Part shown: positions 38,696-51,725 of the stretch, piece after piece
Layout of the letters: every line of letters starts with the position of its first letter
How positions within the stretch are numbered: position 1 is the first letter of the stretch
Source of the DNA: Octopus sinensis
Taxonomy: Eukaryota
Direction: 5' to 3'
DNA: 64,000 nt
NCBI RefSeq assembly: GCF_006345805.1
Contig: NC_042997.1
Coordinates: 158,844,001 to 158,908,000, forward strand
Translations under genes and position numbers: made by a program
The notes under the pieces: generated by a model
Database searches by the model: none
The model's input: the letters and a program-made list of their open reading frames with translations, nothing else
What the model was told of the DNA's origin: nothing

Positions 38696-39109
38696 ATGAT
38701 TAAATCCAGCATATATGACGCAGAGGTTACATCAACGCTAGATGATAACACAACCGATAAGAAGAGCTATATCGGACTATGCGAAGGTGAATTCAAAAAT
38801 CGCTATGCTAATTACATATTCTTCTTCCAACACAAGGACAAATGTAAAGCTAAGTTGGGTAGGTACGTATGGGGTTTGAAGTCGAACGCCACACTACATA
38901 TGATAAAGTGGGAAATAGTCGAAAATTCTACACCATATGATAACAGATCAAAGGCATGTAAGCTAGGCGTAACTGAAAGAACTCAGATTCCTTTCAGATC
39001 TAACAACTCTAACAAAATACTGACTTCTAGATCCGAAATTTTCAGCGGTTGTAAGCATATGTCTAAGTTCCTGTTGACGAATTGGAAAGTGCTACCCTCT
39101 ACAAACTGA
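38696..39109 (+). mobile_element. Penelope-like GIY-YIG endonuclease remnant (open but substituted)
   Basis: SSIYDAEV...KSYIGLCEGEFKNRY...LGRYVWGLK...IKWEIVE...PY...CKL...RSEIFSGCKH..KFLL; several conserved residues are altered. Confidence 0.82.
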
Positions 39110-41503
39110 ACTGCTGTACCACAAACTCTAAGCCACTAATTTTTCAACTTTATTTTACTGTCAAAGGCGAAATAACTCTAATCTGCTTCTTTCTGTTTTC
39201 TTTGTTGTTTTCCGTTTTTGCAACCTTTTACCTTTTTTATCTACTTCTTTCGCGCCTTTTCTCGCCTTATCTCTCATCCTGTCGTCCCATTTTTAGTTTG
39301 TTATGCAATGTGGTCCGTGCCTGAAGTATGTGCTGAGACAACAGACCTGTTAAAAAATACTTGTCTGTCATGCTTTCATCACATGAATCTAATAGTAGCA
39401 CATAAAAAACATATAATGTGCTTATTAAATAATATATATTGAGAGAGGGAGACAGAGAGAGGATTGAGAAGTGAGGAATGAAACAAAAGACAGAAGACAC
39501 AGTATTTAAAAATAGTCTGAAATATTTTTTATAATTATAACATGGACAATCATTCAAAGATTCTTATCTCTAAAATTCATATTAAGTATGGCGAAAATGT
39601 TTATAAAATCATTTCAATTTACCTTTTGTCTTAACAAGAGTAAATAATATTTAATACATTTATTTAGTTATAGTTTATCTGAAACTTTGGATATTGTTTT
39701 GGCTGATCTTTACGATAATTATTTGTGTGTTGTGTTCTTGAATATATGTATAGAAGTTTGTGTGTGTGAGAGAGGGATAGAGAGAAAGATAAATAAATAG
39801 AGGGAGAAAGAGAGAGAGCGAGAGAGAGAGAGAGAGAGAGAGAGTATGTGCATGTATTTGTGTGTATTTGTGTTTATTTTTGCATGTATATGTATATTGC
39901 AATTGGTGAAGTATTTCTTCGTGGGTTTCAGACTCCTAACGACTTAATCACTGTTTCGATATATTAATTATAGTGGAAGTCTCAAGAAAGTGTATGTAAT
40001 ATAGTTCCGAACAAGCATCGCAAGGGAGTTTGTTAGAAATACATTAGTTTTTCGATTTGCTTGTCAATGTTTGTTCTTTCTGATGTATTTTGTCGAAGAA
40101 CACCGACGTGCATACGCTCAAAATTACAACACTTCAAACACACATCCTTATATATACATCAATGGAGCCCTTTAACTCCCAAAGTGCATGAGAAAATGTC
40201 ATTTACGTCACACTATATATAGCTGTCAGCAGCTGCCCCAAAATATACCTTCTATTGTGACAGGATGTTTATGCTAAAACAATATGCAATGCAATATTTA
40301 GGGAAATCTACTTTGATATAGTTATAGGCAGTATCTCCTAGTATTTGATACGCTCAAGAAGTATCAATACTTATACCAAATGCAAAATATGACACGCCCG
40401 ATATAGCTCTTTGAGAAGGAAAGTAAAAGTCATACATAAGCATAGAGATCAGTTGTCCTGCAACTATAAACACCTCTAAAAAGCAGTGAAAAGGAAAATA
40501 TTTATAAACGACTGCTTGGGAATCTACTTATTTGCGTATCGTTTCTGTTATTCAAATCCCAGGAGTACAAATGTGTGTCTTTATTGGAAACCAGCTCTTT
40601 TCTAGACAGAAGAATACATATAATTTAAAACAAAAACAGAAAGAAGCATAAATACATGCATAAACAAAGGGGCTCTGCAGAGTTTACCAAATTCTACTCG
40701 CAGACCTCTCATCTTGAGCTTATAGTAGGAGATAACTCAGTATTTTTGCTTTCGTATTTCTATTGAGTTTTTAACGTAGACAGTACCATAACTATCAGAA
40801 ATATTATTGTTCCAATACATAGATATTACGTTTCATGTCATCCATCCGAATACTGACTTTATGCTGAAAGAATCTGAAATTCAACATGATACCAAGCAAA
40901 ATGTGTCGGTATTCATTTTAATAACTATATTTCTAAAAATTATAAAGAATGCCGCATGTGTGAGTTTCGTGATATAACATAGAAATAACTAAGTTTGAAG
41001 AAAGAAGATTGGAATTCTTTAATTACAAATTTGTATTCCTTGACTAGGTATAATCTTCACATGACAGCAATAGTTGTGGACTAATACAATGTTTACCTCT
41101 CTCGGTACAGGTGTAATTTCGATTAATTAAAGTCTTCGTGCTCGCTATAAAGAGTATGTTACAACAACTTCATTATAACATTTAGCGGTTTAGACATCTT
41201 CTTACATATATAAAGTGTTCACGACGCTTTTACAATTGAAGCAAGGCAGGATAGTAACAATCTATGAGATAGTTATCAAGAATTTATATCAATAAAATGG
41301 CAGTGTCTTGTCAAACAATCGTACAAATCTCATTTATATCAAGCCAATTTCGATGATATATTATATTATTAGCTAGTGTCACGAAATGCTTCATAAATAT
41401 AATTTACCATAAAACATTGTACAAAAGCGAACTGATAAATGATGTTATCTAAAAGAATATATTCGTAATTCTGTTCATATTTTGTGTTTGGCTTATATAT
41501 ATA

Positions 41504-41565
<62 letters not shown>

Positions 41566-41699
41566 CTTTATATATATGCTTGTATATGTGTGTTGGTAGA
41601 CCAAAATTCATCAATTTTTTGTAGCATTGAAATTTTTGTTTGTATCTATAAAGAGGTGTTTCAATGCGACAATATATCGCATTGCAATATGTTGGTGAG

Positions 41700-41888
41700 C
41701 CAGTACAATCACTGGCTCGCCAAGCAAAACTCTTAGCGACATTTCGTCCGTCTTTACCTTGAGAGGTTAGCTTTGCCTTTCATTCTCTGGGGATCGATTA
41801 AATAAGTACTAGTTGAGCACTGATGTCGATGTAATCGACTACCACCGCCCCTGAAATTGCTATCCTTGTGCCAAAACTGGAAACCAAT
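41700..41888 (+). mobile_element. SINE family M, degenerate
   Basis: TTTGCCTTTCATTCTCTGGGGATCGATTAAATAAGTACTAG...GTCGATGTAATCGACT. Confidence 0.7.
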
Positions 41889-42600
41889 ATACCACATAGC
41901 AATGGAACAATGAACGCTGTTGGACAGAAATAACTTTAGGATGTCTCATAATGGTATTATTTTAAAATGACCTGATCTTCTCAAAAGTCTTAAAGGCTCC
42001 CTGATTTAATTGGAAAAGGGCCAGGATGTATGGTGTTCTTATAAAGACATCAGCAAATGTACGGAAAAAGAATTATCTTCAGTTGCGAAGTCTCAACCTT
42101 TGTTTGAAGTTGCATTACACGAAATACGTTGCTGCCTTACGAACAATCTTAACATCACAAAATCACTTTTCCCTCTGTCATAACAACCTTGAAATCAGAA
42201 AGAGATTTGATTAGATATATTTGTTTTAAAAATAACGAAAGTCCATAACTGGCACATTTTAACTTATCTTATATACTAAAACTTATTAATATACTGAGTT
42301 AATTCAATTAACTACATTTATAATTTAAAATAAAAATTTCTTATACTTTTCAAGAGTATCCATTATTGGTGTGGTTGTTAAGACACAATCTGGCAAAATC
42401 GTTAGCACGCCGAATAATTATTCTTTCCAACTATAGGTACTAAAGTTGATATAATCAACTATCTGCCTCCCTCAAAATTTCAGGGTTTGCGCCAATAGTA
42501 GAAAGAATTATTATTTTGTTATTGCCTTTTAACCCCAGCTCAGTTCGGCGTGACCATTTTATATTTCTATATATCCCGGCTTGCATTGCTCTATATAACA

Positions 42601-42995
42601 TCTTTTACTCTTTACTCTTTTACTTGTTTCAGTCATTTGACTGCAGCCATGCTTGAGCACCGTCTTTAGTCGAGCAAATCGACCCCAGGATTTATTCTTT
42701 GTAGTACTTATTCTATCAGTCTCTTTTGCCGAACCACTAAGTTATGTTGACGTAAATACACCAGCATCAGTTGTCAAGCGATGTTGGGGTGACAAACACA
42801 GACACACAAACATATACACACACATATATACGACGGGCTTCTTTCAGTTTCCGTCTACCAAATCCACTCAGAAGTCTTTGGTCGACCCGAGGCTATAGTA
42901 GAAGACACTAGCCCAAAGTGCCACGCAGTGGGACTGAACCCGGAACCATGTGGTTGGTAAACAAGCTACTTACCACACAGCCACTCCTATGCCTA
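42601..42995 (-). mobile_element. SINE family A, full length
   Basis: Colinear with the 29451 copy; (GAGTAAAA)n-type tail. Confidence 0.92.
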
Positions 42996-44142
42996 TAACA
43001 TTACGCTCCATATAACATTTTTTTAAAAGAGTGAGTTGTGATCGAAGTAAGACTTATCTGTTAGCTCTAACACGGTAATCAACCGAATAGAGGCTACACC
43101 ATTGACTCATGAAGCCATCACTGTTGCTGTTTAGCTGCAAGTCAATCCTGATCGAAAAAAAAACTATGGTTAAAAAGTTTCTAGAAATGTCAGTTTTGTT
43201 CTTATTTTCATACATAGATTACTTTAGTCCACAAGTCCTTCTTTCTTAAAAAGGTAGGGTGTGATTTGAGGAAGATTTGCTTACCATTTCTAAGCAAGTC
43301 GAATGACTATACAGAAGCTCCCGTGTTTGTTCTTGAAATTATTGATAATCTAAAAATATATAAAAGTTATAGACTATTAAAAAAGAGTAATTGGTAAGAA
43401 ACCGGTAGGAATATGAATCACAAAACGCTTCTATCACTTATCAGTAAGTAGAAAATAGAGTGAGTTTGTCATGCAGTACAACACAGAAACAGAAAGCTGC
43501 ATATCTTGCTATGCACCTACAGTTTCCCTATACTGTGACTGTTAAGATTCCGCCAAGTCGAATGTGCACCAGGATTTTGATTACTAGCACACACCCTCTT
43601 CCGTTGTTAGTAAACCTTTAGTTCATTCTAAGTTACACCATCACATGTCTCTTTCTGCAGCTTTCTGTTTCCGTCTTTCTCGGTTATCAGCAAATTTGAA
43701 ATTTTCCCCCATCCTGCTCCATACCCATTCTAATTGCTGTTGAGCTAACCCCTTTATGGTCTTCCTGTAATTCTTTGATGAAGTGACTTTCCGTTCTTGA
43801 TTATATTCACTAGATTTATGATGCAACAGTGTTGTATTGCATGATCAACTCAATCTATTTTCTACTTACTGATAAGTGATAGAAGCATTTTGTGGTTCAT
43901 ATTCCTACCAGTTTGTTCGTTTGTATGTGTACAACTGAAGTGACACTTATTAATGTAAGTCACGCACTCATTGATTTAAGTAATTATCTTTTTGCAACCA
44001 TTTCAGTTTATTTTAACTGTTTATATTTATGTAAAATATACAAGCATCTCAGCTACAAATACCTGACCTTGAGAGAAATATAGAATCAATATTTTGAACA
44101 TTGTGTAATTTTAACGTTTTATTTCTTTCTTTATATTTCCAG

Positions 44143-44577
44143 CTGGTTCGGAACAAATCAGTACCAAGCATTCAGGAGGAAGGCCGTGGAACGCTTAATT
44201 TTAGCATTCATTATAACAAAGACAAGTCTTTGTTGACTGTTAAGATTATCCAGGCACGGGATTTGGTTCCTTGTGAAAATAATGGTACAGTTGACCCTTT
44301 CTGTAAAGTATCCATCTTGCCGAAACGCTGGAATCAGTTAAACGGTAAAGTGTTGAAAAGTACATTAAATCCCAAATTCGAGGAAGAATTTGTGTTTGAA
44401 ATGCCGGCCGGAGACCTGAGGACGTCTACTTTGGAAATACTTTTAGTGCATCATGATAAATTTTCACGGGGAAACAGTATTGGCAAAGTACAGATGGCGT
44501 TGTGCGATGTTGATTTATCGGATAAAGTGATCATTTGGAAAAATATCATGAAAATAACCTCAGAAGATAAAGATCGG
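44143..44577 (+). CDS. Internal exon encoding a synaptotagmin-type C2A domain (145 aa, phase 0/0)
   Basis: Polypyrimidine tract plus AG at 44141-44142; GTGAAT donor at 44578. Translation GTLNFSIHY...LTVKIIQARDL...GTVDPFCKVSILP...STLNPKFEEEFVF...DKFSRGNSIGKV...DVDLS...W follows the synaptotagmin C2A pattern. Paralogue cannot be assigned. Confidence 0.9.
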
Positions 44578-47139
44578 GTGAATATCACATATATTACCAT
44601 TTATTTTCTGTATATGTGTATGCATGTATATGTGTGTATGCATGCATTCATTTCTGTTTATCTCATGAAAAGCTATATGCATAAATTATCATCTTTTGTT
44701 ACATGTTCAGCTCTATATCTCAGTAGTAAAGGATATATCTATGATGATCATCGCTTTCTTAATATTATCGGTGAAAAAATGTTATTTCTGCTGAGAAGCA
44801 AAGCTGATTTGACGTCACATGTCGCTAAGCACATCAATCTTTTTTTTACCGCATAGTGCGTACTAGCTTTGTTCACGATAATTTATATTTAATTCATTCA
44901 CTGTAAATTATAATTTTATCGATTTTGTTTTTAACTCATATTAAATTTAACTCTGATGATATACCCTTGTGGTAACATGATCGAGAAAGTTATTTGTTCA
45001 CAATATAAATTTTACCAATTACGTCAGAAATAATTTTCAGGGCAGCAGGATTTACAGAAATCTCGTCTCCTATAATTATTAACTGTTGTCTAATGCCTAA
45101 GCCTGGATTAATTCCTTCGTCGAACATCAATGAAACTGCAACGAATTTGAATTGCTGAATAAGCAAGCCAGTGACTGGCTTAAGTTTTGCTATAAGGATT
45201 TCTTGCATTGTTATACAAACAGGCAACGGATATAGCTGATTTAGTGTATGATTGATATTAATTCTTTGGACTCCAGAGCACTCAAAGTTGACTCCTATAG
45301 TGTTTGAAGTCAGCACATACAACTAAACAAAATATCACACAGCAATTACATTGGGACGCTAATATTTCTTCTAAACCAATGCCTTTGGTCTGTTTGGTGA
45401 TATTGGAACGTTCATTACATTTTCTTGTGAATTGTCAGCTTAAGCGTAACATGAAATGAATTCAATTGCAGTTTAAACTCGTGCAAATTAGTTTACTTTT
45501 ACTGCATGGAGATAATGGGCAGTGGATTGGAAAAATAAGAAGAGTTACAGATTAAATGCCTTGTCTTATTTGCTAAGATTTCTTTGCTTTCTTAGTTCAA
45601 GACCCTACAGTGTCATATTTTCCCCCTCCTGGTTTCGATAAAATAGGTTTCAGACATGTACAAGACGCAATAAACTAGATTATATTTCTCACCGTCCCAG
45701 AGACCTATGTTCAAGGTCCTCTATAATAATACATTTATAATTCAATCCAGTCCGTTTGTTTTTGGATAAACTACCCATCGATAGCTTAATATACCTATTC
45801 GTGGAGTAAGATACTGAAAGACAAAAATTCATTTCAAAATAGTAAAACATTGTTAGTATTTGTCATGACACATATCATCAAAATTGCTCGAACTCAGCAA
45901 AGCGAGTTTAATAAAACAGCTACGTAGTAGTTTAACTCCAAGTCAAATTTGATAGTGCAGACCTACGCTCAAAAGTATTTCATCTATGAACATCCTGTAT
46001 CGTTGAGGTTATGTACGACTATGTTATATAATGTTTTCTGTCGTTATCTAAGATAATATGGTCAGACTTGAGGATGTGGTGCGTATCGCAGTGAAATATA
46101 TTGTCTTCAAGTATCTACTTGAATTTAGCTGAGCACTGATTCTGAGAGACAAATTCCCACTAATAAAATGCACTATCTGAAGACCTAGCCGCTGATCGAT
46201 ATAACATCAGCCGCTATACTGATGCTTTGTCGATCAGGCTGTTGACATTTCTCTTCGTATAATACTGACATAATAAAGAAAAAACTTTAAAATAAAGTAA
46301 TGAAATGTTTGCCTGTTTTTATTATTAGCTTAGTCAGTATAGTTAGAGAAGGAATGATAATGCGCAGGGCCTTTAACAAGGATTCTCATGACTAGTGGAA
46401 GAAAGAGATGAAGTTCTCCTCTGACCAAAGCCATAGCCTAAATGCTTGCAGCAGAAGAGATTTTGCCTAAAGGCATTGTTGAGCCAAATGATTGTTTAAA
46501 ACTGTGCAGCAGACTACATTTCTCAAGGAATATGAATCCTCTTTCTGATGAGTCTTCGCATAGTTTCTGTCAACCAAATTTTCCTTGCGATGTTTCAGTG
46601 AGCCACAGATTATGGTAGAAGACTACAGGTTATGGGCAGTACAGCGAGTACGAACCCAAAATCATTTAGTTACAAAATGAAATGTTTAGTTCCTTGTCTG
46701 TACCTAATACTTAGGATGTTAAACAGATTTACACCTAAATGTACGGGAAGAGGCAAGAAAGAATTAATGACCTTTGCAAGCACTTAAAACTGACTCCCAA
46801 TCAGTATGATTGAGAGTCAATATTTTACGGAAAAGCTAAAGTGGCAAAGAAATTTAGAAATTACGAATTCAAAGAGGGAAGATGAATAACATACCAGTCC
46901 AGTATAAAGGTGGGGAACACGTAGTGATGAAACATGAAAGGAGAGAGGAGCTAGTTGAAGAGTAGCGGAATAGAAAGTGTATGCAGCTAACTGTTTTCGA
47001 TGAGCATAAAGAGCTAACAGCGATAGAAAAGGTTAAAAGAGAAAAACATTCGTCGGTCTGTTGAAACGAAAGTAAATAATTACTATTCTGTTGAACGACC
47101 ATTTGTACTCTATATGATTCCTGTGTCTGCTGCATCAGC

Positions 47140-47427
47140 AACGGCCGATGCGATGCCAGCGCTTCACTACGGCGTATAATGGTGCATCGTCACCATAAAC
47201 TTCTTTCATCCCATCAAAAGTTTCTTGGTGTACGGCTTTTCAAGTATAAGAACCTGATCACTGACCTGCATTCAACTGCCTCTATTATAATACCTTAGTC
47301 CACTTCAGCAGCCGTAAAAGACAAACAAATACTAGTGGAAAGCTGGAATTTATGTGATATGTAGAGACATGTTTGATTATTCCTGTACAAGTTCCTTTTC
47401 CTGAAAATCTTTAATGAACACCCCTCG
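47140..47427 (-). mobile_element. Mariner 5' fragment (TIR plus transposase HTH start)
   Basis: TA|CGAGGGGTGTTCA terminus at 47427; EAVECRSVIRFLYLKSRTP..ETFDGMKEVYGDDAPLYAVVKRWH resembles the mariner N-terminal HTH. Confidence 0.72.
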
Positions 47428-49166
47428 TATCTGTAAGCATTATCTGAATGCGACACCTAATCGAGACTTCCACAGAATCAACAATTGAACAGACCTGAAG
47501 TATTTACTAATCATATAGAGGGGGTGTATTCACTGAGAGGGTAATCAAGCGATGCCCTGTGCATGTTGATCTATGAAAATCGAGCTTGTGTACACCGTAT
47601 TTGATGGCAGTTGACTTTCATGAGTTCATCTACCCTTTGATGGATGAACATATATATATATATATATATAAGTGTGTGCGCGCGCTTGTATACGTGTGTG
47701 TGTGTGTGTATCTGTGTGTGTGAAATGTCAAACATATATATGCATATATATATATCATATATAAACTTTGTATATTGCCTATGTATAAATCACATATACA
47801 CGAAATTATGGGCGTTTGTGTGTGTCTGTGTGTATGTAGTTGTGTGCGCACGCGCCTGTGTCTGTGTGTTGTATATGTACATATATCTCTATGTGTACAT
47901 ATATTCTGGTCGCCTCCTCACTTACTTATACTGGTTAACCTCCAATTAATGCTATCCTAATAAAGCCAATAAATTTCACACCGAATGCTATTATCTTCAG
48001 AAATGCATGACTCTCGTACTTACTAATATCCTTGTTTTGATATATTTTCTTTAATATTTAATACAAGCTGATATAATCTTAGTTATTAGACATCTGTCAC
48101 ACTGCATTAAACAAATCTTTAACACTGTAACCCTTTAATAAAGAAGGCTGATGTTTATTACGTCGTATGTAGGACTAATATGCTGCCCACTTCACTAATG
48201 AGAGCGACCGTATGCAGTGACTTGAACTGCTAGATATAGCAGGCAAGTTATTAGAAAATAACGAAAAAGACATGAAGCAAAGTGCATTTGGTTGTACAGG
48301 TTACAGACAGGTTGGTCACGGCTGGAACGTTTTTCACCGTACGGCAACCTAAGTAGGTCTAAAGCTACAATAGTCTAAATTACCTTTACGTGTTTGTTCG
48401 TTCGATCTCAGCGGTATATCAACCAGCTATCACCCAAACCACATTCTATTGTCTTATCTATTATCATATAGTCCGAAACCAAGGTTGGGGCGGTCATAAC
48501 TGGAATCTGTCTTTTATTATCGTAATTCTCTTCGATCAGGTTTGACATGGAGATAAACAGCATGTTATTTGCTTTCTAGCTCGGAAACTAATTATATTTC
48601 AAGTTCTTACTATCGTAAATACAACCAAATTACTTTCTCGAAGTTCTTAACAGTAATAAACTACTTTAAACATATCTTGCCTCTACTTCATAAAGAAGAT
48701 AATTGTATTTTATGGCTGTAATCCTATGTCTTACGTAAAAATATCGGCAAAAACGATCAATAGACAGTATTATGTTGGTGATTTAAATGCTCCCAGAGGA
48801 AATTTATAAATACATACACACACAAATGCACATATTCAGTTATATAGTTATAGGTAGCCGCAACTCTTACAGAATGTTATAGGCATACATATCTTTGCAC
48901 ACACATACACACACATACACACATATTTGTGTGCGTGAGCAACCGTGCGATCGTGCATGTCGATAGAATGTTGCCATATTTTACTATCTATCATACATGC
49001 TTTAGAATTTGCTTCACACGCCATTTTGTTTTGATATTACTCGTATTTTTCTCTCGTTGTGTTTATGCTATTGCATATATATTTTCGTGACGAGCGAAAC
49101 ATAAAACCAGAACCAACGGAAAGATAGAAGTTTATTGCCTATTTTTTTCTTCTTCTGTTCTATGTT

Positions 49167-49356
49167 TTACATGTTTCAGTCATTGGACTGCGGCCAGACT
49201 GGAGCACTGCCTTGAATAGTTTAGTTTAACAAATCAAAACCAGTACTTAATTTTCTTTAACTCTGTTACTTATTCTATTCGTCGCTTTCCTTGAACTGCT
49301 GATTTACGGAGACGTAAATAAACTAACACCGATTCTGCCAGCTCGCCGTCCTGACC
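49167..49356 (-). mobile_element. SINE family A 3' fragment joined to a family M head fragment
   Basis: Family A tail and body to ~49331, then ATTCTGCCAGCTCGCCGTC (family M head, minus strand). Confidence 0.6.
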
Positions 49357-49423
49357 AAGATAAATATTAACGAAATTCAATAAGCCTTCTATAACACGCA
49401 CGCACACACACATACACATATAA

Positions 49424-49469
<46 letters not shown>

Positions 49470-49822
49470 GTTGTATACTGTCAATTTAACGTGACAGTAG
49501 GGGATTACACCATCGCTGTTTAGCCCTAGGAAGCATCGACGCTTCCTGATGGCTTCGACACATTTTTTTCCTGTGTTCTTATATATTTACGAAGGGGAGA
49601 CAAGCACTCCCAGCAGCCAGGCCTGCATCTAAAGACACGCATGTTTCAGGATCTTTGTCCATCATCGGTCTAGAGTAGCAGAAGCCTGCCAGCCGCAGAT
49701 ACCTGTCCCGACTTCGTAAATATATATATCTAATTTTCAGTGAACTTTATTCACTGACTACCAAAATCAAAAATATTAAATTTCTAAATATCTCATAGAG
49801 ATATGTACGGTGGTGGGGCGAT

Positions 49823-49857
<35 letters not shown>

Positions 49858-50025
49858 CATTTGTAAACAAACACGAAGGCATTGTAAGATTGTAAGTCAT
49901 GGATGAATAGCGACTTTGGAAGTCTCTTATTACAATAATAACTATATAAAAATATCGCTTTATATTGGAGTATATATATATTATTATTGATATATTATTG
50001 TATAGTTATTATTATTATCATTATA

Positions 50026-50069
<44 letters not shown>

Positions 50070-50086
50070 GCAAGATTTAAGACGGC

Positions 50087-50335
50087 GAGTCGAGGCGTGT
50101 AGCTTAGAAGTAAGGTGCTAGACTCATGATCGAAAGATTGCGGTTTCGATTCCTGGACCCTGTGATGTGTTGTATTCTTGAATAAAGCATTTCATTTCAC
50201 TTTACTGCAGTCCACTTAGCTGGCAAAAATGGGTAATCATGCGATAGACTAGCGTCCACTCCAGACGGTGGGGAGTATATACACCAATGAATATGGAAAA
50301 GCAACATTATGAGTCTACATAATTCGGGAAGAAGC
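50087..50335 (+). mobile_element. tRNA-derived SINE with V-like body
   Basis: GGTTTCGATTCCTGGACC B-box; CAGTCCACTTAGCTGGCAAAAATGGG..GCGATAGACTAGCGTCC. Confidence 0.6.
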
Positions 50336-50354
50336 TTTATCCTTTAATAATTTT

Positions 50355-50558
50355 TAAGGCGGCAATCCAGCGTATTCGTCATCACTCTGAACAAAATGTT
50401 TACCGCCATTTCTTCCGACTTTACATTATAAGTTCAAATTCCCTCAAGATTGACTTTGCCATTCGTCGTTTTTTGGGTCGATAAAATAAGTACTAGTTGA
50501 CCACTGGGGTAAATGCAGTTTTTCAGGAATTGCTGGCCTTGTGCCCAAAAATTGAAAC
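50355..50558 (+). mobile_element. SINE family M, degenerate
   Basis: AAGGCGGC head and GGGTCGATAAAATAAGTACTAG motif. Confidence 0.65.
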
Positions 50559-50666
50559 GTACATATGCAAGACGGAAACAGGGACTACCATTAGTTTCAT
50601 AATTCTGAAAATGCAATAGTCAGACAATCCCGTATAGCTTGCTGCACACAATAATGAAATTATTAT

Positions 50667-51075
50667 AATGCGGTGAGCTGGCAGAAATGTTAGCACGCCG
50701 GGAGAAATACTTAGCGGTATTTCGTCTGTCTTTACGTTCTGAGTTCAAGTTCTGCCGAGGTCAACTTTGCCTTTCATCCTTTCGGGGTCGATTAAATACG
50801 TACCAGTTACGCACTGGGGTCGATGTAATCGACTTAATCCGTTTGTCTGTCTTTGTTTGTCCTCTCTGTGTTTAGCCCCTTGTGGGTAGTAAAGAAATAG
50901 GTATTTCGTCTGTCTTTGTGTTCTGAGTTCAAGTTCTGCCGAGGTTAACATTGCCTTTAATCCTTTCGGCGTCGATAAAATTAAGTACCAATTTCATACT
51001 GGTGTCGATCTAATCGATTGCCCCCCCCTCCCCCAAAATTTCGGGTTTTGTGCCTAGGGTCAAAAAGAATAATGA
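50667..51075 (+). mobile_element. SINE family M, dimeric (body repeated with two different tails)
   Basis: GGTATTTCGTCTGTCTTT..GTTCTGAGTTCAAGTTCTGCCGAGG occurs at ~50717 and ~50900. Confidence 0.88.
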
Positions 51076-51599
51076 AATAATTGTGTACAGCGCTCAGGTG
51101 CACTTCAATACCTTTGGAAGGAAAAAAAAGAGAAAGAACGAGGAAGAACGAGAGGATACGAGCAAGACAAAATACGGAATGAGAAAAACGAAAAAAGAAA
51201 CATGGAAAAAGACGAATTAAGAATTGCGCTCCTTTGGTTCATTAAAATTGAAATTGATATGATTGGCGCAATTAATTCAACGGGGAGAGATTAAAGCATG
51301 TGAAACCGTATGCTTAATTCGGAAACAGTAGCATTTTCCTGTTCAATTAAACGTGTCCAGACGCTTATCGTTAATGAAAATCTCGGATTTAGAATTCAGT
51401 AGAATTCAGAATGAATTGAAGATTAAGTTTGAGGATTTGTTACTGATATCTACACATTGTAAAAATGAAGCGTGAGAAAAACTAAATATTCCTGTTGAAC
51501 AACGATTTCTTCGAATATTAGCTATACACTGGTAGTTGATGCACCATGTCTCTCGAAAGTGAGGGACGTGCCCATTTTCCTACCAACACAAATTTTGCA

Positions 51600-51725
51600 A
51601 GTTGATAATGTCTACGTTCTTACCAAGGAAACTTCAGTTTCCAGCTTCTTTATAAATTCAAGATTCTCATTCTCAGATAGGACCAGTGGCTTCTTTTTTA
51701 AATTATTAGTCTTCCTTGAAGTCAT
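51600..51725 (-). mobile_element. Possible Tigger/pogo HTH remnant
   Basis: MTSRKTNNLKKKPLVLSENENLEFIKKLETEVSLV loosely resembles the psq-type HTH start (VLSIxEKLEIIKKLExG). Confidence 0.3.

Noticed and set aside
44990-45322. 110-aa minus-strand ORF preceded by TTTTGTTTAG, antisense near the C2 exon
   Set aside because: Protein-like composition but no motif I recognise; a few ORFs of this length are expected by chance in 64 kb. BLASTP/HHpred would settle it.
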